47,262 nucleotides of DNA from a virus (Duplodnaviria; Heunggongvirae; Uroviricota; Caudoviricetes), in IMG/VR virus record IMGVR_UViG_2718217795_000004; one strand, written 5' to 3'. A model generated the notes under the pieces. The model worked only from the letters and a program-made list of their open reading frames with translations. It did no database searches and was not told the DNA's origin. Position 1 is the first letter of the stretch; every line of letters starts with the position of its first letter. This document shows, piece by piece, positions 30,106 through 37,645 of the stretch. The position numbers and the translations under genes are program-made.

Positions 30106-30309
30106 TCACTCCGGCTCAGTTGCACCACTGACCACCACATCACCTTCTGCTGCAATCGCCTGCATCAGGGTATAAGGGGTTATGGCCACCGGACTACCAA
30201 ACGGCTGCCAGCCCTCTTTCAGTTTATGTGTCAGCTTTTCCGCAAGATCTGACGGCGCCGCCGCCCTGACAACATCATAGTGTTTAAATGCCATGGTTCT
30301 TTCCACCAT
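30106..30309 (-). CDS. hypothetical small protein (62-67 aa)
   Basis: ORF upstream of the lysis cassette with an AT-rich promoter-like region; start ambiguous (TTG at 30309 or ATG at 30294). Confidence 0.45.
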   Translation of the reverse strand: MVERTMAFKHYDVVRAAAPSDLAEKLTHKLKEGWQPFGSPVAITPYTLMQAIAAEGDVVVSGATEPE

Positions 30310-30554
30310 CTGAAAAATAATTCTTTAAAATACCTGACATGTAATACAGAAAAAACACAAAACCATACCTTAAATAAAAACTTGATTATCAAGCAGATAT
30401 GCATGGATAAACTACAAGACGAGATATAAACCACCCTGCATTTAAATAAACAATAAACAACATCAGAAAAATAATTCTGCTCTATGGTTTACATTCAAAA
30501 ATATCATTTATACTTTTCAGAACATCACCAGCAAGGCATAAACAAGGAAACTAA

Positions 30555-30890
30555 ATGAAGTGGATTGTGATTGATACAGTTATCCAGCCATCATGCGGAA
30601 TATCTTTTTCAGTCATATGGAGTAAAGTAAAATTAATAATCTGGTATCAATCGGATGCTTTCTTACCTCCTGAAAGTATATTTACACTGACTCACACAGG
30701 TATCATGCTCAATAACAAAGTGCTACCTGTAACCATTTACAACGTAGTACCATTCAATAAAACATTCTGGAATTTAATCAAAAACAGCCAGGAATGCCCT
30801 ACAAATACAGATAACGTATTGAATGAATGCTTTAATAACCGTTGCATTCTGCAAATATGTCCTTATGGACTAAAACAACAAAGTCCATAA
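30555..30890 (+). CDS. hypothetical protein (111 aa), AT-rich moron
   Basis: ATG with AAGGAA SD; AT-rich; followed by an 11-bp perfect inverted repeat and a GC hairpin. Confidence 0.45.
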   Translation: MKWIVIDTVIQPSCGISFSVIWSKVKLIIWYQSDAFLPPESIFTLTHTGIMLNNKVLPVTIYNVVPFNKTFWNLIKNSQECPTNTDNVLNECFNNRCILQICPYGLKQQSP

Positions 30891-30907
30891 GGAGTTTACT
30901 CACATCT

Positions 30908-30946
30908 GACAAAATCAATATAAACAGCCCCTCCGGAGAGGGGCTG
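30908..30946 (-). terminator. GC-rich hairpin terminator (bidirectional-looking)
   Basis: Stem AGCCCCTC / GAGGGGCT with loop CGGA; on the minus strand followed by TTTATATTGATTTTG. Confidence 0.5.
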
Positions 30947-31337
30947 GAGAGTGGCGCTATGTGCCATTGCATGGTGCCGGGTGCCTCCCGGTGAATTCAG
31001 TACCAGCACCTGAATCCGCGATTATCCCATATACCTACTCGCTGATTGCCCCTCCGCACAGGGGGATTCACCATGCCAGTTTCTTTTAACAAACTCCCCG
31101 CAAACCAGACAACAGTCAACCGCCTGAATTGTGAAGTATTTAAAAATTTCTCCCGCTAACTGATACCCGGCTAACAGTCTGGCGTTTTCTTTTTCAGCAA
31201 CGGGAAAGCAACAACCACCACACCCGCCACCAGCACACCGTCAGCCAGCACTGACATTATCCGGCTGCTGCAATGCCACTCACAAAAACAGTAAGCAATC
31301 ACTTTTTACCGTAACAAGTGATAATCCAGATATGTAT

Positions 31338-31691
31338 CTACCCCAGATGAGTAATCCGAAGTTCATCCATACCACAGGTACTGGCTATTCTGTTGTACTC
31401 CTGAACAAGAGCAAATAATTCTGAATTAGCAACCATGAACTCATCGCAAACCCTCTGTATAGCATCACTATTCAGAATAATAACGTCTCTTCCCGAAAGA
31501 CGATCAGGAGTACAGAACAAAACTGTCAAACGGCTGAAGGCCTTTGCTCGTCCTGCATTGACTATATCAATACGCTGCCTAAGGATGAAACACCCCGACG
31601 CCTCATCAATATTCACTCTACCCACACCATATGAATGATAAATATTTAATGCTGAAAAAACCATTAGACCGTATAACAAACACTCAATCAA
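31338..31691 (-). CDS. hypothetical protein (108-117 aa)
   Basis: ORF in the late operon between the tRNAs and lysis genes; weak SD, AT-rich; coding status uncertain. Confidence 0.35.
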   Translation of the reverse strand: MIECLLYGLMVFSALNIYHSYGVGRVNIDEASGCFILRQRIDIVNAGRAKAFSRLTVLFCTPDRLSGRDVIILNSDAIQRVCDEFMVANSELFALVQEYNRIASTCGMDELRITHLG

Positions 31692-31804
31692 TACTTAACA
31701 GAACTTTTATTTTTGACAAACATAAAATATTTTCAACAATATCCTGAGCCAGGTATATTTCAGTATAAGGCTCTGCCGGAAGGAATCTGGAAGAATGAAT
31801 ATAG

Positions 31805-31878
31805 CGCGCTGTACTGGATTCGAACCAGTGACCGATTGCTTAGAAGGCAATTGCTCTGTCCGGCTGAGCTAACAACGC
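31805..31878 (-). tRNA. tRNA-Arg (anticodon UCU)
   Basis: Hand-folded cloverleaf: acceptor GCGTTGT/ACAGCGC, D-stem GCTC/GAGC, anticodon stem ATTGC/GCAAT with loop CTTCTAA, T-arm ACTGG-TTCGAAT-CCAGT; no encoded CCA. Confidence 0.8.
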
Positions 31879-31889
31879 TGAATACCGAT

Positions 31890-31969
31890 AATGGACCGCC
31901 ATCGGGGACCCGCCCCCGCACCAACAACCCTGTTATCGTGTCGTCTGCTCTTCCTGATAAGCTAATGGC
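31890..31969 (-). other. degenerate tRNA-like element (argN-position pseudo-tRNA?)
   Basis: Perfect 7-bp acceptor pairing (CCGCCAT/ATGGCGG) with 3' TCCA and a D-arm-like stem, but anticodon and T arms do not fold canonically. Confidence 0.35.
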
Positions 31970-31978
31970 GGTTTGTGA

Positions 31979-32054
31979 TGGTGGCCCTTGCTGGATTTGA
32001 ACCAGCGACCTGGCGATTATGAGTCGCTCGCTCTCACCACTGAGCTAAAGGGCC
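31979..32054 (-). tRNA. tRNA-Ile2 (anticodon CAU, ileX/ileZ-like)
   Basis: Cloverleaf with acceptor GGCCCTT/AAGGGCC, anticodon loop CTCATAA, T-arm GCTGG-TTCAAAT-CCAGC, encoded CCA; closely resembles E. coli ileX from recall rather than a Met tRNA. Confidence 0.8.
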
Positions 32055-32090
32055 GGGAGCAGAATAATAACGGTCCGTAATTAATTCCGC

Positions 32091-32116
32091 AATAAAAAAC
32101 CCGCTCGGCGGCGGGT
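32091..32116 (-). terminator. tR'-like intrinsic terminator
   Basis: Minus-strand ACCCGC-CGCCGA-GCGGGT stem-loop followed by TTTTTTATT, about 65 nt downstream of the predicted late start. Confidence 0.6.
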
Positions 32117-32164
32117 TGTAGAAACTCTTCTAACGTCAGGCATAAAAAGCCCATTGTTATGACG

Positions 32165-32192
32165 AATTTACCACAGATTCCGGAAAAATCAA
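32165..32192 (-). promoter_or_regulatory. pR'-like late promoter with qut-like region
   Basis: -35 TTGATT, 16-nt spacer, -10 TAAATT just after the Q stop; downstream CGTCATAACAATGGG resembles the lambda pR' initial transcribed/pause region. Confidence 0.5.
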
Positions 32193-32197
32193 CCTTG

Positions 32198-33019
32198 TTA
32201 CCTAGTTACCTTTTTTAACTGCCGCTCAGCCCATGCTTCTTCAATATCAAACCGGGTCACCAGCGCATCATAGAATTTCTTAACTGTTTTTTCCCATGAC
32301 GCGCGTGTTATCTGGTTTGTCACCTCGCATATAGCATTAAATGCCTCCGTTGATGGTAGTCTTTCATAGCCACGACCACCACAACGCTGGCAGTCTCTGA
32401 TAACAGGCATACCACGTTTTACCGACTCTTCACGATGAATGGCGACACCACGCCCACGGCAATCCTTACAGGCGGTGGAAACCTCACCCTTTCCGCCACA
32501 CTCCGGACAGGCAACTTTTACCACCTCCCTGACTTTTTTCCATTCTTCCCAGTAAGACGAATACACACCTTTCGTACACTTTGCCCATACCGGCGGCTTA
32601 CCATCCGGATACTGGACCTTGTTTGTAAAAACTACGCTTTCAATAAATTTTTCCCCATAGCAACAAGGGCACTGCTTTTTACTCGCTGCGCTACGGGCAT
32701 AATCCTCAAAAGCGTACGAAGCCATAATGCGCATCACTACCGGTTTTATTTCTGCCGGAAGTTTTCTCAACGCCGCCACACGATCGCACCGACTGAGTGC
32801 ATAATCTGCCAGTAATTCTGTTGCCCGCGCCCTGTCATTCATACTGATGCCCATTTTCCCCAGGAACGCAGAAAAACCCATCTCAGCCCGATTCTGTGTC
32901 ATGCCCTGCGCGGCCATCACATCAGTGATACTCAGCGCATCTTTTGACGTTGAGGCCGATGCATCGGTCAGGCCAGGGGATTTTGGGGAGTAGTATTTCG
33001 GTAAATCTTCCAGTTTCAT
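32198..33019 (-). CDS. Q: late antiterminator Q (lambda Q family)
   Basis: 273 aa; lambda-Q-like motifs (SPKSP, DVMAAQGM, Cys-rich zinc finger CPECGGKG..CKDCRGRG, C-terminal ...YDALVTR). Confidence 0.85.
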   Translation of the reverse strand: MKLEDLPKYYSPKSPGLTDASASTSKDALSITDVMAAQGMTQNRAEMGFSAFLGKMGISMNDRARATELLADYALSRCDRVAALRKLPAEIKPVVMRIMASYAFEDYARSAASKKQCPCCYGEKFIESVVFTNKVQYPDGKPPVWAKCTKGVYSSYWEEWKKVREVVKVACPECGGKGEVSTACKDCRGRGVAIHREESVKRGMPVIRDCQRCGGRGYERLPSTEAFNAICEVTNQITRASWEKTVKKFYDALVTRFDIEEAWAERQLKKVTR

Positions 33020-33033
33020 TTTTTGACCTGCTC

Positions 33034-33390
33034 TTAATGCATTATGGGGTAAATCTTCACCCCCAGACGTCCACCAGATACTGGCTGACCACGAACGATA
33101 TTGATTTCATCAAACTGCTCATCGTCCATTAACACTCCCGCATGCGTCAGCGCATCCAGCGGTGCTTTCAGGATATTGTCCAGGTCGCGACGACGCTTAT
33201 CCGGTGGCTCTGCAATCACCTTTATCGCCAGCCTTCCGGACAGGCTTAATTTCAGCCGCTGCTGGCGAACAATAAGCGCCACAGCCCGGCGATAACGCTT
33301 TCCCTCCTCCGAGATAAAATATGTGCTGCCACGGCGTCGCCAGTAAGTGTTCACCGTCGGTTGGTAAGGTAAAACCAAATCTATGAGCAT
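33034..33390 (-). CDS. rusA: Holliday junction resolvase RusA
   Basis: 118 aa with the RusA signature PPDKRRRDLDNILKAPLDAL. Confidence 0.9.
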   Translation of the reverse strand: MLIDLVLPYQPTVNTYWRRRGSTYFISEEGKRYRRAVALIVRQQRLKLSLSGRLAIKVIAEPPDKRRRDLDNILKAPLDALTHAGVLMDDEQFDEINIVRGQPVSGGRLGVKIYPIMH

Positions 33391-33402
33391 CAGTCACCTC
33401 TT

Positions 33403-34452
33403 TTACCCAAGCACGCCAGTTGCAAAGGCGTGATCAAGAAAACGAAAAATTAAATCAACCTGAGAACCATGCTTTTCTTCGAACGCCAGCGGATCCGCAT
33501 GAAGCTCGTTGTGATGCTCCCGACACAGCGGTAGCGTGAAAATATCGTGAGATTTTGTCCCCATTCCGCCCTGACCATGACCAATCAGGTGATGGGGATC
33601 GTCGGCTGGCTTACCACAACACGCACACGGCTGTGTCTTCACCCAGCGTGTGTATTTCTCGTTAACCCAGCGGCGACGTTTAGGTCGATTCATGAAAGAT
33701 TCCGGAGACTCAGGATCAACGGCAATGCTGACCACCGTCTTTTCCTGTGGTGGGTTCTGTTGCTGGTGGGCGTGAGGCAGCGGCGCAAGATTTTTTGTGC
33801 GCTGTTTCAGTATGCTGGTGGCGGTCTGCTCTCCCGGTACGATGTCGCTTTCACGGTACATTGAGCGGATTTTTTCCGCACGCAACCCCAGCGAACGACG
33901 TAATACCGCTTCCGGTAGCGCGTCCGTCACCTGATTGCGGACCGCCCACCAGGATAATTCAGCCAGAGATAATTCCCGCTCCTGTGTGCCATTCATTGCG
34001 TGACGAATGACGTCAATCATCCATGCTGACAAGTTTTGGTGAGCAAGTTGCTCAAGTGATTCGGAGGTCTGGTCACGCAACTGGTTGTCGCAGTGCCAGC
34101 ACAACACCATTGCGCCGGTACCATAACGGTGAATGACGGTTTCGCTGTGATGATAATCGCCGTGTGGCCACTGGCAGGATTTAATATGGCGCAACAGCCA
34201 GTCAGACAATGCACCAGCACCACCAGCAGCACGAATCACCCGTGCGTTACTGAAAAACGGCAGCAATGTTTTGTCTTCCACCAGCGGCTGGCGAGCGGCA
34301 GGAACGACCCCGGACGGCAGATTACGCATGCTTTTCGGTTCCGGCTCCACCAGTAACCGGGTATTGTGGAATACCGGCATGGATTCACGGCCCGGCTTAA
34401 CGATCACCAGCCCGAGTTCCGGTACCAGAACAGGTCGAAGTAATACCCGCAC
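33403..34452 (-). CDS. DUF968-like protein with C-terminal HNH-like zinc motif (YdfU-like)
   Basis: 349 aa; C-terminal CACCGKPADDPHHL...CREHHNELH; position upstream of rusA/Q as in Qin-type prophages. Confidence 0.7.
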   Translation of the reverse strand: MRVLLRPVLVPELGLVIVKPGRESMPVFHNTRLLVEPEPKSMRNLPSGVVPAARQPLVEDKTLLPFFSNARVIRAAGGAGALSDWLLRHIKSCQWPHGDYHHSETVIHRYGTGAMVLCWHCDNQLRDQTSESLEQLAHQNLSAWMIDVIRHAMNGTQERELSLAELSWWAVRNQVTDALPEAVLRRSLGLRAEKIRSMYRESDIVPGEQTATSILKQRTKNLAPLPHAHQQQNPPQEKTVVSIAVDPESPESFMNRPKRRRWVNEKYTRWVKTQPCACCGKPADDPHHLIGHGQGGMGTKSHDIFTLPLCREHHNELHADPLAFEEKHGSQVDLIFRFLDHAFATGVLG

Positions 34453-34453
34453 G

Positions 34454-34843
34454 TTACCTCCAGATGCGTTGCTGGAATGTGCGGGACGGACGCGGTGGGC
34501 GTTCGGAGTAAGGCAATCTGACTGAGATTATCCAGTGACGGTAGTCGAGGCTAAGGGCTTTTTTAACCTCGTATCCGCGCCTGCGGTAACACTGAATTAT
34601 CCATTCAGCCTGCTCTTCAGTGCATGGTGGATGCTGGAACCAGTCCGATTTGAATGCATGAAAACGCCGTCCGCACCTGCTGGCAAAGACGGCAGAATCA
34701 TCAGAATTGTGTAATTTGGTATCGTGCGCCATCGGTTGTCTCTGCTGGCGCAGCAGGTGCCAGTTGTTCAGGCTGGCGTATAAAGTATAAATAAACTGGT
34801 TCCAGTGTAAAGCCCCTACATTAATGGAATAAAAGTCAAACAA
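34454..34843 (-). CDS. hypothetical protein (129 aa or shorter)
   Basis: ORF coupled (2-nt gap) to the DUF968-like gene; start uncertain. Confidence 0.45.
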   Translation of the reverse strand: MFDFYSINVGALHWNQFIYTLYASLNNWHLLRQQRQPMAHDTKLHNSDDSAVFASRCGRRFHAFKSDWFQHPPCTEEQAEWIIQCYRRRGYEVKKALSLDYRHWIISVRLPYSERPPRPSRTFQQRIWR

Positions 34844-35094
34844 CAGATTGTTGGGATAAACACAACGCTTATTATTAAAAGCGATTAGATAAATTAAATT
34901 TTAATGTTATGCAATTTTACCAGATCACCATAACATCTCGTTTGAAACCACCGAAACAACAACCATATCAATATTGATTATGTTAAAGTGAGTAAATATG
35001 GAAAACAACAAATCTGCACATTACGCTCCTTTTTTATCTGTGATACTTTTTGTTTTATGCTGTGTGTGGGCATTATTTTTATAAAAATATTTAC

Positions 35095-35122
35095 AGATAA
35101 AATAAACCCGCCGAAGCGGGTT
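35095..35122 (-). terminator. intrinsic terminator downstream of hok
   Basis: Minus-strand AACCCGC-TTCG-GCGGGTT hairpin followed by TATTTTATCTG. Confidence 0.5.
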
Positions 35123-35190
35123 AAGTGCGGGTGCATTGAGGATGCCTGACACATCAGAGGTGGCGAGGGATTTCTCCCTCGCCGGGTCTC

Positions 35191-35346
35191 TTACTCCTCA
35201 GGTTCGTAAACTGTGAAGACAGCGACCTCCGTCTGGCCGGTTCGGATTCGTACCTCGCAGAGGTCTTTCCTCGTTACCAGTGCCGTCACTATGACGGTTA
35301 AACAGATGACGATCAGGGCGATTAACATCGCCTTTTGCTGCTTCAT
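35191..35346 (-). CDS. hok: Hok-family type I toxin (HokD/RelF-like)
   Basis: 51 aa MKQQKAMLIALIVICLTVIVTALVTRKDLCEVRIRTGQTEVAVFTVYEPEE, hallmark Hok sequence; AAGGAG SD; 3' stem-loop GGCGAGGGA-GAAAT-CCCTCGCC. Confidence 0.85.
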   Translation of the reverse strand: MKQQKAMLIALIVICLTVIVTALVTRKDLCEVRIRTGQTEVAVFTVYEPEE

Positions 35347-35603
35347 AGCCTGCTTCTCCTTGACCTTTCGGTCCGTAAGAGGCTAATCTCTATGTGTCGC
35401 ATAGATATGGCCTCAGATTAATGTTAAACGTCTTGCAGGACGCGTAATGTTACCTGGGGCTTTTCTCTATCTGCCGTTGGTGTTCATGCCCGAGGCAGAT
35501 AGCCTCAAGCACCCGCAGTCATTCTACTTAACTAAGATTTCCCCGCAAACCGTTTTTGTCCAGCACAATAAATATCCAACTAAACCAATGGAGTTCGCTG
35601 TAT

Positions 35604-35783
35604 TTACCGCCAGTATTCAATGCACATGACCGCCATGAACACCCCTAAAAAAAGGGCATTTATATATCCAAATATTAATATCAAAACATCAACTTTTTCC
35701 ATATACCTTGCTGTGAAGATGATGGGCATACATGATACGAACAACCAGAACGCAACAAACAAAAACTGCAATGCGTTTTTCAT
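35604..35783 (-). CDS. small two-TM membrane protein (59 aa)
   Basis: ATG at 35783 preceded by a strong SD (TAGGAGGAATA); two hydrophobic helices; AT-rich. Confidence 0.5.
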   Translation of the reverse strand: MKNALQFLFVAFWLFVSCMPIIFTARYMEKVDVLILIFGYINALFLGVFMAVMCIEYWR

Positions 35784-36069
35784 TATTCCTCCTACAATCA
35801 ATGCGCAATTACATTTAAACACACCTCAATTTGGCCGGACATATAAATATCTAAACTAGAAAAAATCACTTACATAGCGTTACAAACTCTTTAGTCTAAA
35901 GGTTCATCGTAAAACATTCCCCATACTTATCAGTCCGTTCCGTGCCAGGTAGCTTATTGCCTTATCTGGCAACCTATAATCAGGTTTCCGCTTTTTCAGT
36001 TGGCTGGTCGTTTAACCGACATAGTTAACCCATTAATCTAGTTGCCGGATGTTGGTGGATTTTCGCGTT

Positions 36070-36327
36070 TTAGTTGTTCATAAAAGTGCACAGCTTTAAC
36101 CAGTTCTTCTGATGTAACCGGGACTGGCGGGGCAGTGAATAAGGCCTGAATTTCATAGTTCGGACTGTCGTTACAATCCTCTTTTTTCGGTACATATTTC
36201 CAGTCACCAGACCACTACTTCCCCTGAAAGTCCGTAACGCCTTTTTTTTCACGTAGCGATATCGCCATGCCACTGTTTTTGCTTGCCCCGCCGTTTCATG
36301 CCCTTCCTGATAATTAACCTCGCTCAT
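36070..36327 (-). CDS. hypothetical basic protein (85 aa)
   Basis: Start ATG overlaps the upstream gene stop (ATGA); contains an A8 homopolymer run; coding status uncertain. Confidence 0.35.
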   Translation of the reverse strand: MSEVNYQEGHETAGQAKTVAWRYRYVKKKALRTFRGSSGLVTGNMYRKKRIVTTVRTMKFRPYSLPRQSRLHQKNWLKLCTFMNN

Positions 36328-36500
36328 TCATCGCCCCACTCATCACAATATGCTTCGACCGGAGTTTTTCCTGCTTCATAATCATCACGCCATGCTTCAG
36401 CATCAGCAGCACTGCCACCACGTAACTCTGCATAGTCCATTAACAGTTCATGCCATGCTTCAAAACTGACGTTGTATTTAGTTGAACCAAAATCAGCCAT
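36324..36500 (-). CDS. small acidic protein (58 aa)
   Basis: Not in the ORF track; MADFGSTKYNVSFEAWHELLMDYAELRGGSAADAEAWRDDYEAGKTPVEAYCDEWGDE; start overlaps the upstream stop (ATGGCTGA). Confidence 0.45.
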   Translation of the reverse strand: MADFGSTKYNVSFEAWHELLMDYAELRGGSAADAEAWRDDYEAGKTPVEAYCDEWGDE

Positions 36501-36675
36501 TTTGTTCTTCCTCTTCGTCTTTTATTTCGTGATATGAGTAATTGCAGTAGTTAAAGAAAATATCTTTTGCTTCGTCATGTATTTCATCAGGCGTCGCATC
36601 ATCATCCACTTCGAATTCATCCTCGAAATCTCCACCGGCTATTCCCGTTTCAATAATTATTTTAAACTTTCGCAT
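36493..36675 (-). CDS. small highly acidic protein (60 aa)
   Basis: About one third Asp/Glu (DFEDEFEVDDDATPDEIHDE...DEEEEQ); first gene of a translationally coupled trio. Confidence 0.5.
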   Translation of the reverse strand: MRKFKIIIETGIAGGDFEDEFEVDDDATPDEIHDEAKDIFFNYCNYSYHEIKDEEEEQNG

Positions 36676-36768
36676 TTCACTACCGCCCTTTCGGGCGGCC
36701 TCCTGATGTTCTGAGGGTGCAGAAATCCCTCCGGTTAAGGATTAAATTTTTAACAGAGCTAAGTTTAA

Positions 36769-37125
36769 TTATTCAGTTCTGGATTTTGTCGCCCTGCGTA
36801 TCCGCGCTTTCGCGTTACGCTCAATCTGAATTAGCTTTTCTATATTTTTTCGCCTTTCCCGCTCCTCCTGACGCAAGAGCCTTACATCATCTGCCAGTCT
36901 GGTTTCTCTTTTCGCCACAGAGAGCATCCAGTCAAATGGCTCCACAACTGCACCGCAGATTTTACAGCGGACCTGACGCTCTTTTTCGTCAACCCGGACA
37001 GAGGCGTGATGACAATATGGTCTTTCCGATGGCTCATAAAGAAAATTAACCTGATTACGAGGGTCATCCTCTTTTACCGGAAATAAAACGATATTGCTTA
37101 ACTCATCCTCTGGTTTTATTTCCAT
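36769..37125 (-). CDS. hypothetical protein with CHH/CxxC zinc-binding-like motif (118 aa)
   Basis: ATG at 37125 with SD AAGGAGAGGAG; motif PYCHHASVRV..RCKICGAVV; basic C-terminus. Confidence 0.5.
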   Translation of the reverse strand: MEIKPEDELSNIVLFPVKEDDPRNQVNFLYEPSERPYCHHASVRVDEKERQVRCKICGAVVEPFDWMLSVAKRETRLADDVRLLRQEERERRKNIEKLIQIERNAKARIRRATKSRTE

Positions 37126-37182
37126 GCTCCTCTCCTTTGATGCGAATGCCAGCGGTAATTGAAGCCTGATAGCTAATTTCAC

Positions 37183-37605
37183 TCACAGTACCGCCTCCTG
37201 AAAATTACCCTGATAGAAAGCCAGTACACGCTGCATAGCTTCACTCTTCCGGCACTCGCGACAGATTATGTTTAGGCGACTGTCGTAGCGACGTATTTCT
37301 CCGTCAGGTAACGACCAGATAAGGTCCGGATCAACCACAACCGGTTTCTTCAGCTTTGCCCTCGATAATTTTTTGCGGGCATTTTGCCAGTCTTTACGAG
37401 CCTGTTCAGACGGGAATAACCCGTAGCCAGAATTGTATACATCGCCACTGGCAACCAGCTCTCTGGCCAGAACGCTCATCAGATATCTTGTTGCCCCAGT
37501 TTTAGCTTCCAGTTGTCGTAACGTCTCGCGCCCACTCTGGCGTACGAGTTCAAGAACCTGTCCTTTAATTTTTTCCCGCTCTTCTTGTGTAAAAACTTTT
37601 GCCAC
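37183..37605 (-). CDS. hypothetical protein (140 aa)
   Basis: GTG start with AGGAGG SD; flanked by a 16-bp direct repeat (37204-37219 and 37610-37625). Confidence 0.5.
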   Translation of the reverse strand: MAKVFTQEEREKIKGQVLELVRQSGRETLRQLEAKTGATRYLMSVLARELVASGDVYNSGYGLFPSEQARKDWQNARKKLSRAKLKKPVVVDPDLIWSLPDGEIRRYDSRLNIICRECRKSEAMQRVLAFYQGNFQEAVL

Positions 37606-37645
37606 AAGCCCTCCTGAAAATTACCTCATGACCAGAAATTAACAC

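Noticed and set aside
30037-30252. 71-aa plus-strand ORF
   Set aside because: Overlaps the more protein-like minus-strand ORF 30106-30309 and lacks a ribosome-binding site.
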